Below, in pieces: positions 1 to 10,868 of a stretch of 64,000 bases of DNA. This DNA comes from Bacteriovoracia bacterium. GTDB taxonomy: Bacteria; Bdellovibrionota; UBA1018; JBFWNL01. How positions within the stretch are numbered: the stretch's first letter is position 1; each line of letters begins with the position of its first letter. Both the position numbers and the translations under genes were made by a program. Where the stretch lies: the NCBI GenBank assembly GCA_050251055.1, contig JBFWNL010000011.1, forward strand, positions 1 to 64,000. Reading direction: 5' to 3'. A model generated the notes under the pieces. That model searched no databases. It had not been told where the DNA came from and saw only the letters and a program-made list of their open reading frames with translations.

Positions 1-1656
1 CTCACCGATAACGTGAACGGCCTGGCGGGTAACCTCACCGCCCAGGTGCGAAACATCGCAAAAGTGACGACCGCCGTCGCCAACGGCGACCTCTCCCAAA
101 AAATCACCGTCGACGCCAAGGGTGAAATCCTGGAACTCAAAAACACCATCAACGTCATGGTGGACCAGCTCAACTCGTTCGCCGCCGAAGTGACCCGCGT
201 CGCCAAGGAAGTCGGCACCGAAGGAAAGCTGGGCGGACAAGCCGACGTGAAGGGCGTCAGCGGTACTTGGAAAGACCTCACTGACAACGTGAACGGCCTA
301 GCGGGCAATCTCACTGCGCAGGTGAGAAACATCGCGAAAGTCACCACCGCCGTCGCCAACGGCGATCTCTCCCAAAAAATCACGGTCGACGCCAAGGGTG
401 AAATCTACGAGCTCAAAAACACCATCAACGTCATGGTGGACCAACTCTCCTCGTTTGCCTCGGAAGTGACCCGCGTCGCCAAGGAAGTCGGCACCGAAGG
501 AAAGCTGGGCGGACAAGCCGACGTGAAGGGCGTGAGCGGTACTTGGAAAGATCTCACCGATAACGTGAACGGCCTGGCGGGTAACCTCACCGCCCAGGTG
601 CGAAACATCGCAAAAGTGACGACCGCCGTCGCCAACGGCGACCTCTCCCAAAAAATCACCGTCGACGCTAAGGGTGAAATCCAAGAGCTCAAGAACACGA
701 TTAACGTCATGGTGGACCAGCTCAACTCGTTCGCCGCCGAAGTGACCCGCGTCGCCAAGGAAGTCGGCACCGAAGGAAAGCTGGGCGGGCAAGCGAACGT
801 GAAGGGCGTGTCGGGGATTTGGAAAGACCTCACCGACAACGTGAACGGCCTGGCGGCCAACCTGACGGACCAGGTGCGAAACATCGCGAAGGTCACCACC
901 GCCGTCGCCAACGGCGACCTCTCCCAAAAAATCACGGTCGACGCCAAGGGCGAAATTTACGAGCTCAAGAACACCATCAACGTCATGGTGGACCAGCTCA
1001 ACTCGTTCGCCGCCGAAGTGACCCGCGTCGCCAAGGAAGTCGGCACCGAAGGAAAGCTGGGCGGCCAGGCCGAGGTGAAAGGGGTGAGCGGCACCTGGAA
1101 GGACCTCACGGACAACGTGAACTTCATGGCGTCGAACCTCACGACCCAAGTACGCGGGATCGTGAAAGTTGTAACCGCCGTCGCCAACGGCGATCTGAAT
1201 CAAAAATTTGTCCTCGAAGCAAAGGGAGAAGTCGCCGCGCTCGCCGAAACGATCAACAGCATGACCGACACGCTTCGCACCTTCGCCGACCAGGTGACTG
1301 CGGTGGCCCGCGAAGTCGGCATCGAAGGCAAGCTCGGTGGGCAAGCAAAAGTCCCCGGCGCGTCGGGGACCTGGAAAGATCTTACCGACAACGTGAACTT
1401 CATGGCATCGAACCTTACCAAACAGGTTCGCGGGATCGTGAAAGTCGTGACCGCGGTCGCCAACGGGGATCTGAATCAAAAATTCGTCCTCGAAGCAAAG
1501 GGAGAAGTCGCCGCGCTCGCCGAAACGATCAACAGCATGACCGACACACTTCGCACCTTCGCCGATCAGGTCACCACGGTGGCCCGCGAAGTCGGTATTG
1601 AAGGCAAGCTCGGCGGACAAGCCAAAGTCCCGGGCGCCTCTGGGACCTGGAAGGAT
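1..1656 (+). repeat. Intragenic tandem array of six 276-bp units encoding HAMP repeats
   Basis: Units start at 1, 277, 553, 829, 1105, 1381; 1..116 is identical to 553..668. Confidence 0.9.
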
Positions 1657-3726
1657 CTCACCGACAACGTGAACCAGCTCGCCGGCAACCTCACCTCGCA
1701 GGTACGCACTATCGCCGAGGTGTCCACCGCCGTGACGAAGGGCGACCTCACCCGGTCGATTACCGTCGAAGCCGAAGGAGAAGTCGCCGCGCTCAAGGAC
1801 AACATCAACCAGATGATCGCGAATCTGAAAGACACGACCGAGAAGAACAAGGAGCAGGACTGGCTAAAAACCAACCTCGCCAAGTTCTCCGGCATGATGC
1901 AAGGCCAGCGGAGCATCACCGCCGTCGCGCAACTCATCATGTCTGAACTAACCCCCCTCGTGGGCGCCCAACACGGGACCTTCTTCATGGCCGAACCAAG
2001 CAAGGAACCGACCGAGCCGGTTCTGATGCTCATCGCGAGCTACGCCTACACCGTGCGTAAGAATGTTTCCAATCACTATAAATTGAAGGAAGGCCTGGTC
2101 GGCCAGTGCGCGTTCGAAAAGAAGAAAATTCTCCTCACCCAAGTGCCAGACGACTACATTTACGTCGCGTCGAGCCTGGGCGAAGCCAAGCCGCTCAATC
2201 TGATCGTGCTACCGGTGCTGTTCGAAGGAGAGATCAAGGCCGTAATCGAGCTCGCCTCGTTCCATCCTTTCACGCAAAACTACATCAACTTCCTCGACCA
2301 GCTGGTCGACTCCATCGGCGTGGTGCTCAATATGATCGCTTCCACCATGCGCACGGAAGAGCTGCTAAAGGAACTTCAACGCTCCAACGTGGAGCTGGAA
2401 GCCCAAGCGAAGGAACTGGAAGACAAAGCCAAGCTGCTAGAAATCAAAAACAGCGAAGTGGAACTGGCCAGCCGGTCGCTAGAAGAAAAGGCCGAACAGC
2501 TGTCGCTCATCTCGAAGTACAAATCCGAGTTCCTGGCGAATATGTCGCATGAACTGCGGACGCCGCTGAACAGCCTCCTCATCCTGTCCAAGACGTTGGC
2601 CGAGAACAAGGACAAGAACTTGACGTCCGAACAAGTCAAGTTCGCAAGCACCGTGTACTCATCAGGGACCGATCTCTTGGCCCTGATCAACGAGATCCTG
2701 GATCTCTCCAAGGTGGAGGCCGGCAAGATGCCGATCACACCGAAAGATATCCGGCTCGCGGAGGTGCAAGATTTTCTGGAGCAAACATTCAAGCCCGTCG
2801 CCGAGCACAAGGGCTTGCAGTTCAAGCTCGAAGCGAACGCCGACTTGCCCAAGAAAATGTTCACGGACAACAACCGTTTGCTGCAGATTCTCAAAAACCT
2901 GCTCTCCAATGCCTTTAAGTTCACCGAGCACGGACAGGTGCTGCTCCGCTTGGACCTGGCCAAGGGGCGCACGTTCACCATGGACTCGCTTAATCATGCG
3001 CGAAAGGTCATCGCCTTTTCCGTCACGGATACCGGCATCGGCATCCCGAAGGAGAAACAGAAGCTCATTTTCGAGGCGTTCCAACAGGCGGACGGCACGA
3101 CGAGCCGCAAGTACGGCGGCACGGGCCTGGGGCTCACCATCAGCCGGGAAATCGCTCGGCTGCTGGGGGGATCCATCGAGGTCGATAGCGCTCCAGACCA
3201 AGGCAGCACGTTCACGCTCTATCTCCCGCAGAGCTATAAGGGTACGGAGTTTGCCACCACGGCCAGTACGCCGAATCACGCAACGGAGATCCCACTGCTG
3301 CCCTTGAACGCCGATTTCAATGGACGCAAGGTCCTGGTCGTCGACGACGACGTCCGGAACATTTTTGCCATTACGAGCGTGCTCGAGGCCCGCGGCATGA
3401 AGGTGATCCACGCGGAAAACGGCAAGCTCGGCGTGCAGGCGTTGGAGGAGAACCCCGACGTGGATCTCGTGCTCATGGACGTGATGATGCCGGAAATGGA
3501 CGGTCACGAGGCCACCCAGGTAATCCGCGGAAACCCACGGTTCCAGGCGCTGCCGATCGTCACGCTCACCGCGAAGGCAATGAAGGGCGACCGCGAAAAG
3601 GCGATTTCAGGAGGCGCATCCGACTACATCACGAAGCCCGTCGACCCGGACAAGCTTCTCTCGGTGATGCACCAGTGGCTGAAGAAACACCCCGACGGCG
3701 AAGTGACGGATGCAAGTCGCGGATAA
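1..3726 (+). CDS. Poly-HAMP hybrid histidine kinase (HAMP repeats-GAF-HisKA-HATPase-REC), OsaA / group III HK-like; 5' end outside window
   Basis: Frame is open from base 1 ([10 protein letters not shown]); at least six 92-aa repeats; H-box [15 protein letters not shown]-box [11 protein letters not shown] boxes DTGIGI and GGTGLGL; C-terminal REC ([17 protein letters not shown]). Confidence 0.93.
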   Translation, partial: LTDNVNGLAGNLTAQVRNIAKVTTAVANGDLSQKITVDAKGEILELKNTINVMVDQLNSFAAEVTRVAKEVGTEGKLGGQADVKGVSGTWKDLTDNVNGLAGNLTAQVRNIAKVTTAVANGDLSQKITVDAKGEIYELKNTINVMVDQLSSFASEVTRVAKEVGTEGKLGGQADVKGVSGTWKDLTDNVNGLAGNLTAQVRNIAKVTTAVANGDLSQKITVDAKGEIQELKNTINVMVDQLNSFAAEVTRVAKEVGTEGKLGGQANVKGVSGIWKDLTDNVNGLAANLTDQVRNIAKVTTAVANGDLSQKITVDAKGEIYELKNTINVMVDQLNSFAAEVTRVAKEVGTEGKLGGQAEVKGVSGTWKDLTDNVNFMASNLTTQVRGIVKVVTAVANGDLNQKFVLEAKGEVAALAETINSMTDTLRTFADQVTAVAREVGIEGKLGGQAKVPGASGTWKDLTDNVNFMASNLTKQVRGIVKVVTAVANGDLNQKFVLEAKGEVAALAETINSMTDTLRTFADQVTTVAREVGIEGKLGGQAKVPGASGTWKDLTDNVNQLAGNLTSQVRTIAEVSTAVTKGDLTRSITVEAEGEVAALKDNINQMIANLKDTTEKNKEQDWLKTNLAKFSGMMQGQRSITAVAQLIMSELTPLVGAQHGTFFMAEPSKEPTEPVLMLIASYAYTVRKNVSNHYKLKEGLVGQCAFEKKKILLTQVPDDYIYVASSLGEAKPLNLIVLPVLFEGEIKAVIELASFHPFTQNYINFLDQLVDSIGVVLNMIASTMRTEELLKELQRSNVELEAQAKELEDKAKLLEIKNSEVELASRSLEEKAEQLSLISKYKSEFLANMSHELRTPLNSLLILSKTLAENKDKNLTSEQVKFASTVYSSGTDLLALINEILDLSKVEAGKMPITPKDIRLAEVQDFLEQTFKPVAEHKGLQFKLEANADLPKKMFTDNNRLLQILKNLLSNAFKFTEHGQVLLRLDLAKGRTFTMDSLNHARKVIAFSVTDTGIGIPKEKQKLIFEAFQQADGTTSRKYGGTGLGLTISREIARLLGGSIEVDSAPDQGSTFTLYLPQSYKGTEFATTASTPNHATEIPLLPLNADFNGRKVLVVDDDVRNIFAITSVLEARGMKVIHAENGKLGVQALEENPDVDLVLMDVMMPEMDGHEATQVIRGNPRFQALPIVTLTAKAMKGDREKAISGGASDYITKPVDPDKLLSVMHQWLKKHPDGEVTDASRG

Positions 3727-5359
3727 GCTACCCATCAATATCCTGCTGGTTGACGATCGACCGGAAAATCTCATTAGCCTCGAGGCGGTGCTGAAGTCCC
3801 CGGAATACAATCTCGTCCAGGCGACTTCCGGCACCGACGCGCTGCGGGCGCTACTGGGCCAGGACTTTGCCCTGATCCTGATGGACGTGCAAATGCCCGA
3901 GATGGACGGCTTCCAAACCGCGAATTTAATCAAGCAACGCGAGCGATCAAAAAATATCCCGATCATCTTCATCACCGCGGCTAGCAAGGACCACCCTTTC
4001 ATTTACAAAGGCTACGAAGCGGGAGCGGTGGACTACATCGTAAAACCGTTCGAGCCGTACATCTTGCGCTCGAAGGTCGCCGTATTCGCCGAGCTGTACC
4101 GTAAGTCCCAGGAGATCCGGCGGCAAGGAGAGCTGCTGCGCCAAGCGGAACGCAAGGAGCTCGAAAATACGATTGCGAACCTAGAAGTACAGACGCTGCG
4201 ACGCGAGCAGGCCGCCAACCAAAAATACCGTGACCTCGTGGAGGGCATTCACCAGGGAATCGTCTGGACCGCCAACCCCGCCTCGTGCAGTTTCACGTTC
4301 GTAAGCCCCCAAGCGGAGGGCATCTTAGGCGTCACCGCCGCTGATTGGCGAGATGATCACGAATTCTGGAGCAAGTCCATCCACCCGGACGACCGAGAAA
4401 AAGTACTCACGGTTTTCCATCGGGTGCGCAGGCAAGGCAGCGACGAAAAAATCACGCACCGTTTTGTTCGCCCGGACGGACAGGTGCTCTGGCTTCACAC
4501 CACGATGCGACTTACTCGCGGGGCCACCGACCACGGCGACGAACTACGCGGCTTGTCCGTGGACATCACCCAGCTAAAGAACACGGAACGCGATCTGCGT
4601 CGGGCTATACGATTCCGAGACGAATTCCTTTCTGTGGCCTCGCACGAGCTGAAAACCCCCTTAACCTCCCTGAAAATACAGCTCCAGCTCGCGCAGCGTA
4701 ATGTGGCCAGGCAGTCGCTCACTTCGGATACTATCCCCTCGCTGCTGACGAAGTTCGACACCCAGATCAGACGGCTCCACCACCTGATCGAAAATCTGCT
4801 CGACGTGACCCAGCTCCAAGCCGGACGGGTCCGATACCACCTAGAGGAAGTGAATCTGGCGCAGGTCGTGAGCGAGGTATTGGACCGGTTTTCCGAAGAA
4901 CTGAAACTTGCGAATTGCCAGGTCGACGGTTCGCTTGATTCCCATCTGCTTGGCATGTGGGACCGCTCACGTATCGACCAAATTGTCGTCAACCTCATCA
5001 CGAATGCCATAAAGTACGCTCCCGGCGCACCCCTGCAAATCGACGCCTACCAGGACGGCGAACATGCCGTACTTGAGGTTGCCGACGGGGGCCCGGGAAT
5101 TCCGGCGCGCCGCCACAAAACAGTCTTCGAGCGGTTCGCCCGGGGCGCCGCACACCGACGCAACATCAGTGGCTTGGGATTGGGCCTTTTCATCACCAAG
5201 CAGATCGTGGAGTCCCACCGCGGCAAGGTCGAGCTTGACCGCGGATCGCGGGGAGGAGCAAAATTCACGGTACGCCTCCCCCTTCGGACCGAGGTCCCGG
5301 AGGAAGAAATCTTGCCGGTAAAATTCAAACGCGAGGGCGACACTGCCTCGTCCCATTAA
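3710..5359 (+). CDS. Hybrid REC-PAS-histidine kinase with OsaB-like N-terminal receiver
   Basis: [22 protein letters not shown]; PAS_3-like IHPDDRE...RFVRPDG; [25 protein letters not shown]; overlaps upstream gene by 17 nt. Confidence 0.92.
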   Translation: MQVADKLPINILLVDDRPENLISLEAVLKSPEYNLVQATSGTDALRALLGQDFALILMDVQMPEMDGFQTANLIKQRERSKNIPIIFITAASKDHPFIYKGYEAGAVDYIVKPFEPYILRSKVAVFAELYRKSQEIRRQGELLRQAERKELENTIANLEVQTLRREQAANQKYRDLVEGIHQGIVWTANPASCSFTFVSPQAEGILGVTAADWRDDHEFWSKSIHPDDREKVLTVFHRVRRQGSDEKITHRFVRPDGQVLWLHTTMRLTRGATDHGDELRGLSVDITQLKNTERDLRRAIRFRDEFLSVASHELKTPLTSLKIQLQLAQRNVARQSLTSDTIPSLLTKFDTQIRRLHHLIENLLDVTQLQAGRVRYHLEEVNLAQVVSEVLDRFSEELKLANCQVDGSLDSHLLGMWDRSRIDQIVVNLITNAIKYAPGAPLQIDAYQDGEHAVLEVADGGPGIPARRHKTVFERFARGAAHRRNISGLGLGLFITKQIVESHRGKVELDRGSRGGAKFTVRLPLRTEVPEEEILPVKFKREGDTASSH

Positions 5360-5386
5360 ATCCGACCTTGTGCTAAGATCCCGAGG

Positions 5387-6439
5387 GTGAATCGGCTCAT
5401 TCCCCTCATTTGCGCCCTGCTTAGCGCCTTTGCACTTCCGGCCTGTTCCGCGAAGTTCCACCAGGCCTTAAAGGAAAATCACTTCCTGTACGTGGCCGGT
5501 GCCTCGGAAATCATCGGCTACTACATTTCCCCTGATAGCGGAATCCTGACCGAAACCACGCGCATCGCCACCTCCGGCATCATCTATAGCCTCGTAGCCG
5601 ATCCCCAGGGCACATTCCTCTTCGCTGGCTCTATCTCCACGCAAATCGTACATGTCTATCGAGTCAATCCCCTGAACGGCGCGTTGACAGCGGACTCTTC
5701 TTTAAACGCCGGCGCCCAGATCCAGAGCATGACGATCGATGAAACCGGAACGCGGCTCTTCCTCAGCTTCAACACCGCGAATTCCGCGATCTTGAGTTTT
5801 GGCCGCACCACTACTGGCCTGGTCATTGCCGATACGCTCAGCAACGTCCTCAACATGACTCCCATTCCCGGTACCCCGTTCACTTTCAGTATGACGTTAC
5901 TAGGCGCCGGAATCGCCACCCACCGCCTCAATGACTCCACCAGCGTAGCCACCCTGACCCAGGCCATCACCGTGGCCACCAGCTCCCACGCCGTGGATCC
6001 CTCGGGCAACTGGGAATTGATCAATTCCACTAGCCTAGGTGGCATCAACCGCTACCGCATCAACCGGGAAACCGGCGCTTTTAGCCTCACCGGCTTCACC
6101 ACCAACAATCCCGGACCCATTCTCTTTGATCCCAGCGGTAACTGGTTGATCTGCCGAGAATCGATCGCGGTCGCGCTGGTCTCGCGCCCTTTCAACTCAG
6201 CCACCGGCGAAGTCGGAACCGCCACCGCGACCCTTCCCCTCTCGGCGGTCAGCGGGCCGTTGATTTTCCACCCTACCGAAGCCTGGGCCTATTGGCTGAA
6301 CGCCGGGAACGCCCTGAATTCCGCCGCGTTCAACTCTTCGACCGGGGAATTCACCACGCTCCAAAGTATTTCGATCGGGGGCTCGAGCGGATCGGCTAAA
6401 CAGATCGCGCTCGTAAGGGCGCGATCCGAAGTCCGCTAG
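5387..6439 (+). CDS. Lipoprotein, lactonase-like beta-propeller
   Basis: Signal ending LPAC; repeated blades DPQGTFLF, DETGTRLF, DPSGNW, HPTEAWAY. Confidence 0.7.
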   Translation: MNRLIPLICALLSAFALPACSAKFHQALKENHFLYVAGASEIIGYYISPDSGILTETTRIATSGIIYSLVADPQGTFLFAGSISTQIVHVYRVNPLNGALTADSSLNAGAQIQSMTIDETGTRLFLSFNTANSAILSFGRTTTGLVIADTLSNVLNMTPIPGTPFTFSMTLLGAGIATHRLNDSTSVATLTQAITVATSSHAVDPSGNWELINSTSLGGINRYRINRETGAFSLTGFTTNNPGPILFDPSGNWLICRESIAVALVSRPFNSATGEVGTATATLPLSAVSGPLIFHPTEAWAYWLNAGNALNSAAFNSSTGEFTTLQSISIGGSSGSAKQIALVRARSEVR

Positions 6440-6483
6440 AAAAGCTGCGACGACCTTCATAACAGCCCGAACCAGCCACACAC

Positions 6484-6616
6484 CGGCTTCATCTTTTTCC
6501 CCAAAAAATAGGCAAAACCAAGGGCATCCCCGGGCCACAACGGCGCTGAGGAGTCGAGCGCATGGATGCGCGTCCCTGGGTCCTATCTATTTTTTTTGGG
6601 GAAAAAGATGGAGCCG
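6484..6616. repeat. About 28-30 bp imperfect inverted repeat; right arm overlaps the tRNA 3' end
   Basis: CGGCTTCATCTTTTTCCCCAAAAAATAG (6484..6511) vs CTATTTTTTTTGGGGAAAAAGATGGAGCCG (6587..6616). Confidence 0.85.
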
Positions 6617-6684
6617 ATGACCGGACTTGAACCGGTGACCTACGCTTTACGAAAGCGTTGCTCTACCAACTGAGCTACATCGGC
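6609..6684 (-). tRNA. tRNA-Thr (anticodon CGT)
   Basis: Reverse complement GCCGATGTAGCTCAGTTGGTAGAGCAACGCTTTCGTAAAGCGTAGGTCACCGGTTCAAGTCCGGTCATCGGCTCCA: 76 nt, D loop, anticodon stem ACGCT/AGCGT around TT-CGT-AA, GTTCAA T loop, encoded CCA. Confidence 0.97.
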
Positions 6685-6852
6685 ACCAATCCTCATTCAG
6701 TAACCGATGCGACCCGGATCCTCAACCAGGAAAGTCGAATGTTACGCTATGCGTTATTTCATCCGGCCGACGGGGATGGAAAGTAAGAAACGGGCTAGTT
6801 TCTATTAGGTCACCCGTCGGCCGGATCTTTTGCCCCGATGGCAAAACCTTGG

Positions 6853-6888
6853 AAAAGACGGCGCAGGTCGGGAGGATCCTGCGCCGTC
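6853..6888 (-). terminator. Probable intrinsic terminator of the 6933..7673 gene
   Basis: 11-bp stem GACGGCGCAGG/CCTGCGCCGTC followed by TTTT on the minus strand. Confidence 0.6.
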
Positions 6889-6932
6889 GGTATGAGCAAG
6901 CCCGGGGGCTAATCGGGCTTAGGGACACTGGG

Positions 6933-7673
6933 CTAGTTGGCCACGCCGGCTTGGTTGGTATTCCCTACCGGCGCGAGCGACTGTACGTCGGGGCCAGCTT
7001 CCGATGCGGGCTTCACGTTCGCGTCGGAAGCCGCGCTGACCGGGCCTTCTTTTAACTTATAAAAAATACCTCGCTTCTCGCCGACCACGCTCTCCGGCGA
7101 AAGCTCGACTTTAGCCAGGTCGCGCGCTTGATTCGCCAACGCGAGTTCGTATACTTCGGGGCGAAGCTCTTGGAAGGTGGCAAGATCGATCGGGGCATAG
7201 ATGACGACCTCCACGGCCCTACGCTTGATACGCTGCTCGTTCAAGGTGATTACCAATCCGTTATACCTATCGCGCAAACGCGCGAGTTCGGCGCCCTCCC
7301 GCTTACGTTCGCGGCTTCCTGGTCGAAATGAAGGGCGCGGCTTTTGTAAGGCGCGAATTCGATCCATGAGCTCGGATCCGCGTTCCTCCAGCCGGTCGAT
7401 CGACCGGGTCAAATCCTGATGCCGGGTGATCAGCTGACCGCGGGCAAATTGGCCGTCGCGCTTCAGCCGGAGGATTTCGGCCCCTACCGCAACCCATCCT
7501 CTATTAGCCCGCTTTGCAACCACCGTCCGTTCCGCTCCTGGGGCCGAGACTTCCTCCGTCGCTGCAGGATGCTTCCCGTCGGCCGCCGCCGTGACCGAAA
7601 GGACCAAGCAGAATCCCATTACCCACTCCGTAACCCGTTTCATTTGCTTCATGACTTCTCTCTCCTCTTTCAC
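6933..7673 (-). CDS. Hypothetical secreted coiled-coil protein
   Basis: Signal-like VMGFCLVLSVTAAA, basic heptad-rich middle; start may be a later ATG. Confidence 0.6.
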   Translation of the reverse strand: MKEEREVMKQMKRVTEWVMGFCLVLSVTAAADGKHPAATEEVSAPGAERTVVAKRANRGWVAVGAEILRLKRDGQFARGQLITRHQDLTRSIDRLEERGSELMDRIRALQKPRPSFRPGSRERKREGAELARLRDRYNGLVITLNEQRIKRRAVEVVIYAPIDLATFQELRPEVYELALANQARDLAKVELSPESVVGEKRGIFYKLKEGPVSAASDANVKPASEAGPDVQSLAPVGNTNQAGVAN

Positions 7674-7821
7674 TTATTCCTTAAATGGGAGGATCTCATT
7701 TCTGACTTTAATAATCAAGTAAATTAAGTATTGTATGTATCTGTTTTTTAATAAAATCTTATTATTACATATATTTATTATTATAATTATTTAATTATCC
7801 ACTATATTTGTAGTCTAAATC

Positions 7822-7850
7822 TTGAAAAAAGACGCGCGGCATTATAAATT
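7822..7850 (+). promoter_or_regulatory. Sigma70-type promoter, probably leaderless transcript
   Basis: TTGAAA-N17-TAAATT, then 6 nt to ATG 7857 with no SD. Confidence 0.55.
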
Positions 7851-7856
7851 TAATTC

Positions 7857-9011
7857 ATGAAAAAGATTTCCATTGGATTGGCATTGATGGCTTCCACATT
7901 CTCACTGGCGGGGGAAAACGGCCCCCCGACTCCCTGGAAGCCATCCCGCCCCTCTCCCCGACCTCGTCTCGGGGGCGATCCGACCATGGAAGGGATGCTG
8001 AGGGAGATGGAGCGGGTGTCGCCCGGAAACTATTCGGCATGGGAAGCGTTTGCTTCGATCGGCGGAAGCACGCGCGTGGCCGTGCTGCAAGCCGCAGAAA
8101 GAAATTTGCGAGAGCAACTCAAGGCAGCGTCTCCCGAAGTACGCGCGGCGCTCCAGCAAAGCGAGCTGGGGCAGCTTTACCAACGACAACTCCAGGCGGT
8201 GCAGAGCGAAAACCCGGGTTACTCGGGGCAGAATGTACTCACTTCGGTCGATGGCAAGGTGGGCGGGATTCTCACGATCCGTCAGGGAACGCCGCGGGCG
8301 CCACGACCCGGTGTCACGCCCTCCACGGGAGGAAGCCTCCGGGAGCCTGGCAAGTTAGGGGGGACTCCGGCCCCACCCGCGATCGCGAACACGCGGACGG
8401 CCTCCGTCGCCGCGCCAGACGCCACGCCCCGTCTGCAGGTGACCACGCCCCAACTCGAGGACATCTTTAAGGAGCTGGGATTTTCCCGTGTTTTTGGCCC
8501 AGAGGGCATGCAGACCTTCCGTGAATACCTCGCCCGGCCCGCCTTTAACGATCTCAATAACTACCCCGTGCTGCAGGTCCCCGGCTTTCCGACGGATGCT
8601 CCCGACGAGATCGTGGAACGCACGCGCACGCTGATGGGATCATTCCAACGATCGGGTTATGCCCAGGATTGGGCCCGCATGAAACGGATGATTTATCTAC
8701 GGGCGGAACACCCTTACTTAGCGCAGAATTGGGGTGCGACTTTGGATACTTATCTGGCACATCCGCTTCCGTGCGATCTCGATCAACAGGCGCAGATCGC
8801 GCGCCTACCGGATCCGTCGCTCGAGGGTTTGCGCCGCGAGCGGGATCGCCGGGTGAGCGAGATCGAGCGAATCCAAAACCAGCTCAAGAATTCACCGCTG
8901 ACGCACGAAGCGCGCTGGCAGATGATGTCCGATCTCGCTCTTCAGGTGAACAAGCTCGGCGGAATCGACGTAAGGATATTGGAAATACTATTGGGCCAAT
9001 CCACGAGCTGA
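7857..9011 (+). CDS. Hypothetical secreted protein, Pro-rich linkers and helical C-terminus
   Basis: MKKISIGLALMASTFSLA signal peptide; 384-aa ORF after AT-rich spacer. Confidence 0.7.
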   Translation: MKKISIGLALMASTFSLAGENGPPTPWKPSRPSPRPRLGGDPTMEGMLREMERVSPGNYSAWEAFASIGGSTRVAVLQAAERNLREQLKAASPEVRAALQQSELGQLYQRQLQAVQSENPGYSGQNVLTSVDGKVGGILTIRQGTPRAPRPGVTPSTGGSLREPGKLGGTPAPPAIANTRTASVAAPDATPRLQVTTPQLEDIFKELGFSRVFGPEGMQTFREYLARPAFNDLNNYPVLQVPGFPTDAPDEIVERTRTLMGSFQRSGYAQDWARMKRMIYLRAEHPYLAQNWGATLDTYLAHPLPCDLDQQAQIARLPDPSLEGLRRERDRRVSEIERIQNQLKNSPLTHEARWQMMSDLALQVNKLGGIDVRILEILLGQSTS

Positions 9012-9021
9012 CCGACCCGAT

Positions 9022-9717
9022 TCAGCGGACCACTTCCGCTTCGCCTTCACGCGAGCCAATGATCTTCGGCAAGGCGGCGTAGTCGCCGTTCGCGGGCTGA
9101 CTGCCGCCCGCTTCCAAAGCAGAGAACAGCCCTTCGTCGCTCAGCTCGATCTGGCGCGTGTTTGCGTCAATGCTCAATGAACCGCTGAACTTCCACTCCG
9201 CCACACCCGTGGAACGATACTCCTCGCCACCCACTGAATAGACCATGGAGGCTTCTTTCAGCTCCTTGCCGCAAGTCGCGGATTCCGGCGCGGCTTCCAC
9301 CAGCAAATCCAGTCCAAGATAATTCCCTTTCGGAATTTTTAACCCGCCGCTGACGTAAACGACGCCGCCCTCTAAGACGATCGTAACCACCACCGGTTCT
9401 TCGAACGCGAATGCCGTAGCCGGGCCACGGAGCGCGCCGATGTTGCCCCCCAGGCTCAACGCGGGCGCCGCCAAGCGGGGCACGTACTGAGTCGTGCAAA
9501 ACTGGAACTGTTGCCGACCATGCGGAGCCATAAAACGCGGCTTGCCGGGATCGGGACTGCGAAAAAGCAGCTCGAGCGTTTGTGGGTTGGCGACTTTCGT
9601 CCCATCACCGCCGGCGCTAGCCGATCCACTTTGGTCGATGCTAACGGCGCAAGCAGAGACCGCACAAAGCAGGGTCACCAGCGAAAGCTTTTGATAAATC
9701 GAATTCCCCATTTTCAT
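9022..9717 (-). CDS. Hypothetical lipoprotein, beta-rich
   Basis: Lipobox VSAC after hydrophobic stretch; SD-like GGAAGGG upstream. Confidence 0.7.
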   Translation of the reverse strand: MKMGNSIYQKLSLVTLLCAVSACAVSIDQSGSASAGGDGTKVANPQTLELLFRSPDPGKPRFMAPHGRQQFQFCTTQYVPRLAAPALSLGGNIGALRGPATAFAFEEPVVVTIVLEGGVVYVSGGLKIPKGNYLGLDLLVEAAPESATCGKELKEASMVYSVGGEEYRSTGVAEWKFSGSLSIDANTRQIELSDEGLFSALEAGGSQPANGDYAALPKIIGSREGEAEVVR

Positions 9718-9806
9718 GATTGGCCCTTCCCTCTTAGTTTCTCAAAACATACCATTATAGTCAAGTATTAGATTGCTATTTTTTCATTTAAATACATATA
9801 TTTAAC

Positions 9807-10724
9807 TCATTCTTTAGATTGTTTTAACTGAGCCAACGGAAACGCCACGAAGCTCACGTGATATACGGCGTCCCGGTCTTTGGGCTCCCCCCCCAGGGCG
9901 GCCACTTCCTCGAGCGCGCGGTTCATGATCTCCGCGATCTTCGGGAAGTTCTCCCTGGGAATACCCATGGTGTACGAAATGATATTCCGGTCTTCGCGCT
10001 CAACGGACGTGATGGAGTCGGCAGCCATCCCTAACATCTGGTGATGAAAGCTCGACATCGCCAAGCGGTAGACTCCGCCTTGGCACTCGACCATGCGACG
10101 CGTGTGCATGATCTCACCCGACTCGGCTTTCTGGATCAAACCATGATCGAGCAGAAAACGGAGCGCCTCTTCGATGTTCGCGATCGGAACGTCGCGCACG
10201 ACGCGCTCCCGAATCCATTCCGCATCGAGCTTGAACTCTTTCATGCCGGCCATTTCACGGATGGCAACATAGTGCCAGTGCGTGAGGTAACGGTAAGCCT
10301 CGAATTCCTTCGCGTTTTCCCGGCGATAACGCCAGAAATCCTGCAGTCGCGCCATCGCGGCCTGGCGCACTTCGTCCGTCTGGCCCTCGCTCAACTGGCG
10401 AAGCGCCTCGAAGTAATCGGACTCCACTTCGTTTAGCTCCAACGCGCGCGCGAGCTTACGCGAAACATCTTCGGTCAGACTCCGGGTATGCGAAAAAATC
10501 AGCGGCATATAGCTCGGGGAAAAACCCAAGCCCTCGGAAAAACGGCGCAACGAAAAGTCGCGGTTAATTTTGCGCTGATGGGTTTCCCAATCGCGCATGA
10601 ATTCATGGATGTCGTGGTAACGGAAGATGTCCGGACGGGGGCCCTGGTTCTTGCGCGGTCGCCCACGGCGGCGCGACTTCACGAGCACGCCCTTCAATCC
10701 CGGTTTTGCCTTTTTCCCCACCAT
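9807..10724 (-). CDS. TIGR02147 family (DUF4423) putative DNA-binding protein with N-terminal AT-hook-like motif
   Basis: Family-typical segments DIFRYHDIHEF, FSLRRFS...LGFSPSY (HTH-like), WHYVAIREM, FHHQML, VYHVSFVAFPL; RRRGRPRK at N-terminus. Confidence 0.85.
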   Translation of the reverse strand: MVGKKAKPGLKGVLVKSRRRGRPRKNQGPRPDIFRYHDIHEFMRDWETHQRKINRDFSLRRFSEGLGFSPSYMPLIFSHTRSLTEDVSRKLARALELNEVESDYFEALRQLSEGQTDEVRQAAMARLQDFWRYRRENAKEFEAYRYLTHWHYVAIREMAGMKEFKLDAEWIRERVVRDVPIANIEEALRFLLDHGLIQKAESGEIMHTRRMVECQGGVYRLAMSSFHHQMLGMAADSITSVEREDRNIISYTMGIPRENFPKIAEIMNRALEEVAALGGEPKDRDAVYHVSFVAFPLAQLKQSKE

Positions 10725-10868
10725 CCCTATCTATGATACATGGTTGACAATTAAAATCAACAAACATTCTATAGCAAAGTACTGTCTGTTTAGTTTTTAT
10801 CTATAAATTTCAATCATCTATATCCTATTTAAAAATCAATCCCGCCCCGGATGTAGTCGGTAGCTTCG

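Noticed and set aside
298-1620. Long antisense and alternate-frame ORFs over the HAMP array, and similar ones over sucB, the GltD-like gene and ctpA
   Set aside because: Shadow ORFs expected from GC-rich codon bias and repeats; no motifs or start signals
1-1656. Repeat array as a CRISPR or DGR-like locus
   Set aside because: In-frame 276-bp coding repeats with no spacers; no cas or reverse transcriptase in the window
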